Below, piece after piece: positions 59,703-64,000 of a DNA stretch of 64,000 nt. How positions within the stretch are numbered: position 1 is the stretch's first letter; every line of letters begins with the position of its first letter. The translations under genes and the position numbers were made by a program. This stretch comes from Curvularia clavata. Taxonomy: Eukaryota. The notes below the pieces were generated by a model that searched no databases, was not told where the DNA came from, and worked only from the letters and a program-made list of their open reading frames with translations. The stretch is from assembly GCA_023920165.1 (NCBI GenBank), contig CP089275.1, positions 2,790,001 to 2,854,000 on the forward strand. Direction: 5' to 3'.

Positions 59703-62700
59703 TTAGGCCATGTTGGCCAACTCATGGTCAATGGCCTGAGCGAGGAAAATCTTCCGCTCCCCAGTAAGCTGCACCTGTAACCTCTGCTCGGCAAGGGCAA
59801 TAATTTGCTTACGCGTCACCCTGTCGAGATCGGCGTCTCTGAGACACGCCTGCACCGTCTCAATGATCTGACCATCACTCGGTCCATTCATCATGGTTTG
59901 GAAATTGGTGGTGCTGCCGGGACGTGACTGGCTGGCGCCGTAGCTGAGAGGGCTGCGTCCGCGAATGGGTGGTGTAGATGCCATGAGGTTGTCCGAGCTC
60001 TGGAAACCGGCCATACTTTGTCGCTGACCATACGGAGAGGCTGTGTTGGTGCGGTAGTGGTCACTCATATTGCCCATCGACATGAGACGGCCGTCTTGTG
60101 GGTTGTCCTGGTAGCGGGTCATGTGTGAGTACGTTGACTGGCGGCCCTGCATGCCCTGGTAGGGCCCAGGAGACTGAGGTGGCATGTGCGAGATGTGGTG
60201 CATGTTGGACATGACAGTGGAGGCGGGCTTGACCGATGAGTAGACGGATTGCATGTCGTTCATCTCGTATGCCTCCTCTTCATGGGCGTTGAAGGCACCC
60301 TTCTCAGTGCCCATACCTGGAAGACCGCGACGGCCGGGGAGATCGTTGCGCTCAGCATACTCGTCCCATCGCATCATGGGAATGGCCTTTGGATCGAAGC
60401 CCTCGTCGTCGGTGGTGAGAACTTGCTTGGTTCCTTGCTCGCCAATGACGATACGAGTGTTACCCCACGAGAAATCATCCTGCTTCCAGAACGAGTAGAG
60501 AGGAAGCGCGAGCGAGTAGATGGGGAAGGCGATGATGTAGATGATCATCCAGCCGACGTGCTGCCACTGTCGCTTGATAATGAAAATGAGTGCCTGAAGA
60601 CCATACACGGCAGCAAGCATGACAATGGACAAGAGAGGGAATTGGCCATTGCCGGTAGAAACACTCCAGACCAGGTACACCAGGTATGCGCAGATGGACG
60701 GGAGAATGAGGGTACCAAAGAGGTCGACAAAGACGACAAAGCGCATAGAGAAACAACAGAAACCGCAGAGATCCTTCAAGAAGACGAGCTCAGCCAAGTT
60801 GTGAATGGTGGAGTTGATCCATCGACGTCTCTGGGAAAGCAGAATGCTCCATGTGTCGGGGGCGGCTGTGAGCGCGTAGGCATCGGGAATGAACTTGTAC
60901 GACATATAAGGGAAGTACTTGGTCATGAGTGTCGTCAGATAACGATCCTCACCGAGCGACAACAGGTTCTTCTTGTGCAGAGTGTCCACAACACAGTCGG
61001 CATAGTCTTTGATGATCTTGTCCGAGATAATCAGAGGCTTGCCCTTGTCGGCGGTACGCAGACGGTACATGGTGAAACTATAGCACGTTAGCAATGGTTC
61101 GTTTGTTGGATCGATGATAGAAGACTTACCAACCAGGCAAACAGGTGACGCTACCAAACAAACTTTCGAAAGCCTTGGACAGATGATGCGAGATGTAGTA
61201 TTCGTAGACTTGGATCATAGTCCACCAAGACCTGTCTTCGTTTTCCAAGCTCGTCTCACCACAGATACCAGCAATCTTGGAGTCGTGGGCACAGGCTGCA
61301 ACGAGACGATTGAGGGAATCGGGCTTGACCATGGTATCGGCATCAATCATGAGCAGGTACTCGTACAGCTCTGGGTCCACACCGATAATGTTGTTGATTT
61401 GGTGGAACATTTCGAGTTCGAGCGGGTTCATGGCAGAGCGGTGGTGGACACGGTTGAGGAAGCTCATAAGCAAGATCTGCGAATCGCGCTTACCACGGTT
61501 ACCAGGCTTTGACTTGGACTGTTCTGATTCCTTGCCCATCTTGACGACTACAATGTAGGGGACGACATTGCCTTCAAACTCGTAGAGACCCGAGTATACT
61601 TTGCCGTAGTTGAGCTGCTGGCTGCCTTCACCAACCGACCAAAAGGGGAGCGCCGGAGGGTCGACCTTGGGATCGACACCGAGAATATCAAGCACAATCT
61701 TGGGCGTAGGACGATCGTTACCACCTCCGACAATCATTCCGTCACAAATGACACAAATGAGTTTTCGCTTGTTGTCGTAGGCGAGCGCTGTCAGGGAGTC
61801 CACACTCTTTCGGATAGAGTCTTCGCCTTCTGTGTACGCTGGTACCTGGCAGATGACGAACTTGTCTTGGTTGGCTGGGCGCTTCCGCGAACCGAGCTGA
61901 AGGGCAGACAAAAACTTGATGACAATGACCGAGCACAGCGCAATGGTAAAGGCAAGCAGGATATAGTCGTTGACCACACACTTGGCATCCTTGCGGAAAT
62001 CAGTCCTGCCAATGTAGAACATGTTGTCCAAGCACTGGAGGTTGTAGGCTTGCGCAGTGTCGTTGAGCTTATTGGAAAAGTCTTCGCTAAGATCCTGACC
62101 AGCGTTGTTCTTGACCATGTCGACCAGCTTAGAGTCGAGGAAGTTGTACTGGGGCTGGCTTTGCATAAAGTCAATCGTGACGAAGTAATTGGTCAAATCA
62201 TAAATCTTCTCCTTGAGCCTGAACCACATGTGATTGTTATCCTGGCCGTCTTTCAGAACATCGCTGATCTTCCAGACAAGCTCTCCCTTTCTGTATTGCT
62301 TGATGGCCGGCAAGAAAACCTTGGGATACCAGTCTTCTTGCTTCAGCGCTTTACTGTCGGGCATATTTGTTTGCGAGCCGGACTGGTGCACAGCCAAGGA
62401 GTTGAGACTCTCCGAGATGGATGTGTTGAGCTTCAGTTGCAAGACGCGGTTCTGGGGAGTATCCTGGATGAGGTTGGGGCAGGCAAGGTATAGCGGCGGG
62501 ATGATGTAGGGGTCCATGTTGGCACCAGCCATTTCCATCATGCGCTCTTGGGTAGCCTCGGTGTTAGAATCACTATGTTGCTTCTTCCAAAACGACGTCA
62601 AGTCGTACACGACACCGTGGTGGCTGACATAGTAATCTGAGCCACCTTGGTGAGCGGACACTTCAGCCGTGTTCCATACCTTGTCTTTGTTGGGACACAA

Positions 62701-64000
62701 GAGTTTACCGAAAGCGACAATGTAGAAGACGACAACGCCATTGAGTAGCATGATGAGCATGACGAGAACGAGCTTCTCTCGCCATGCCATACGGACATCA
62801 GGCCGTTTCATTCGTCCAACCCACTTGAGTACGGGCGAAGGAATCCAGAACGTAAGTGCCCAGACGAAAGCGACCCAAAGCCTTCGTGTAGTCGTCAAAC
62901 TGGTCTGAGTGACGACTCCATTGCCAGATGACTCGAGGTCGAAATAGGTGACACCCTTATTTTCATCACCCTTCATACCAAGACCGTAGTCACCGGGCCC
63001 TGTTGTGGGGACGGTTCGTGCGGTGGGAGCAAGTGATTTGGCATCTGCAGCAACGCCGCCTGCGTGCAGACTGGTGGTGCTTTGAAATGGGTTTTGAGGA
63101 GTGGCAGACCGCGCTTCGGGGAGTGGTGGGAAGAAGGCGCTTGCTGTAGGCGGAAGCTGGTTGTTGAATCCGTTGTCCATGCCTCCCACCATGCCAGAAG
63201 CGCCAAGTTCTTGGGTCTTGAGGTCGAGCTGCGACTCTGCCTCCCACCATACGCCTTCTCTTACCCATACGCGTTCCTTGCCGACCACAACTTCACCGTT
63301 GCTCCAGCCTCGCTGGAGAATCCAGTTTTGAATGCCCTCTTGGCCGTCCATGCAGCCAAGGGGAGCATATCGGTCGTGGAACTCGTGATGATCAAAATCG
63401 GCCGTAAAGTCAAGACTGCGGTTACGGCGGTTGGCCCATTCAGGCAGGCGCCATTCACGCAGCTGACGAGAGATGACGCCAGCTTGCCAGATCGAGTTGA
63501 GGTCCTGGTTCAGAGACGTGGGGATGCTGTCAGAGGGGTGGAGCGCAAGATGGAACCACACTCTGCTGCTGGCCACGGTCATGGCCAGGTCGAAGCGACC
63601 GTGCTTGCCAAGGACAATGCCACCGCCTTGCACAGGATACAACAGCTTCTTTACAAAGTTGTCCTGCTGCGGGATCTCGAGGCCAAGTTTGTCCAAAACA
63701 GCCTCACGCTTCTCCAACTCGGCTTCCAATTCGCGTGTAGCCGCACCATTGATGCCCAAATCGTGGCCGCAAGTCTGTACAGCATCCCTCATACTCTCGA
63801 GCACCGAGCTGGCGACCGGGGGTACAGGCACACCGTCATCACGCATCTCAGCGTTAATGCCCTCGCTGTCATCAAACACAGTACGGAGTGCAACTGCCTT
63901 GCCAAGGGCTCGGCTGGGGATGTCAACAACGGTGATGTTGACAATATCTCCATCCTCGGACTCGGCAGGAGTCAGAACACCACTGCCATCGCTATCGTCC
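59703..64000 (-). CDS. Chitin synthase with degenerate myosin-motor-like domain, cytochrome b5-like region and DEK_C (CsmB/class VII type), 5' partial; intron about 61078-61129
   Basis: [42 protein letters not shown] and a DEK_C tail ([12 protein letters not shown]). The upstream [21 protein letters not shown] segment fits the CsmB type. Confidence 0.9.

Overview
Eukaryotic, intron-containing fungal DNA with short GT-AG introns and CTRAC/CTAAC branch points. Protein sequences point to a filamentous ascomycete, most likely Dothideomycetes/Pleosporales (inference). The window holds about 23 protein-coding genes: a PTH11-like/rhodopsin-domain membrane protein (5' partial), three Zn2Cys6 transcription factors, PTEN/TEP1, a small spliced N-myristoylated SVIP-like protein missed by the ORF track, an ATF/CREB bZIP factor, an NmrA-like protein, a PPxY protein, an STL1-like sugar porter, a mitochondrial PPR protein, CDS1, ATRIP/Rad26/UvsD, KRE6/SKN1, thiamine pyrophosphokinase, an F-box-like protein, an atypical histidine acid phosphatase, UPF2, two chitin synthases (ChsD-like, and a 5'-partial CsmB-like enzyme), a Nudix ADP-ribose pyrophosphatase, L-2-hydroxyglutarate dehydrogenase and END3. 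Non-coding features are one dispersed, divergent but structurally compensated 5S rRNA gene and an AT-rich MITE-like element. This is mostly ordinary core genome, and I see no convincing wholly new multi-gene system. The best leads are the SVIP-like microprotein, the divergent 5S type, the MITE, an intronic hairpin, a repeat/hairpin cluster in an unexplained gap between convergent genes, and the cell-wall/endocytosis gene neighbourhood. Exon boundaries were read by eye and may be off by a few bases.
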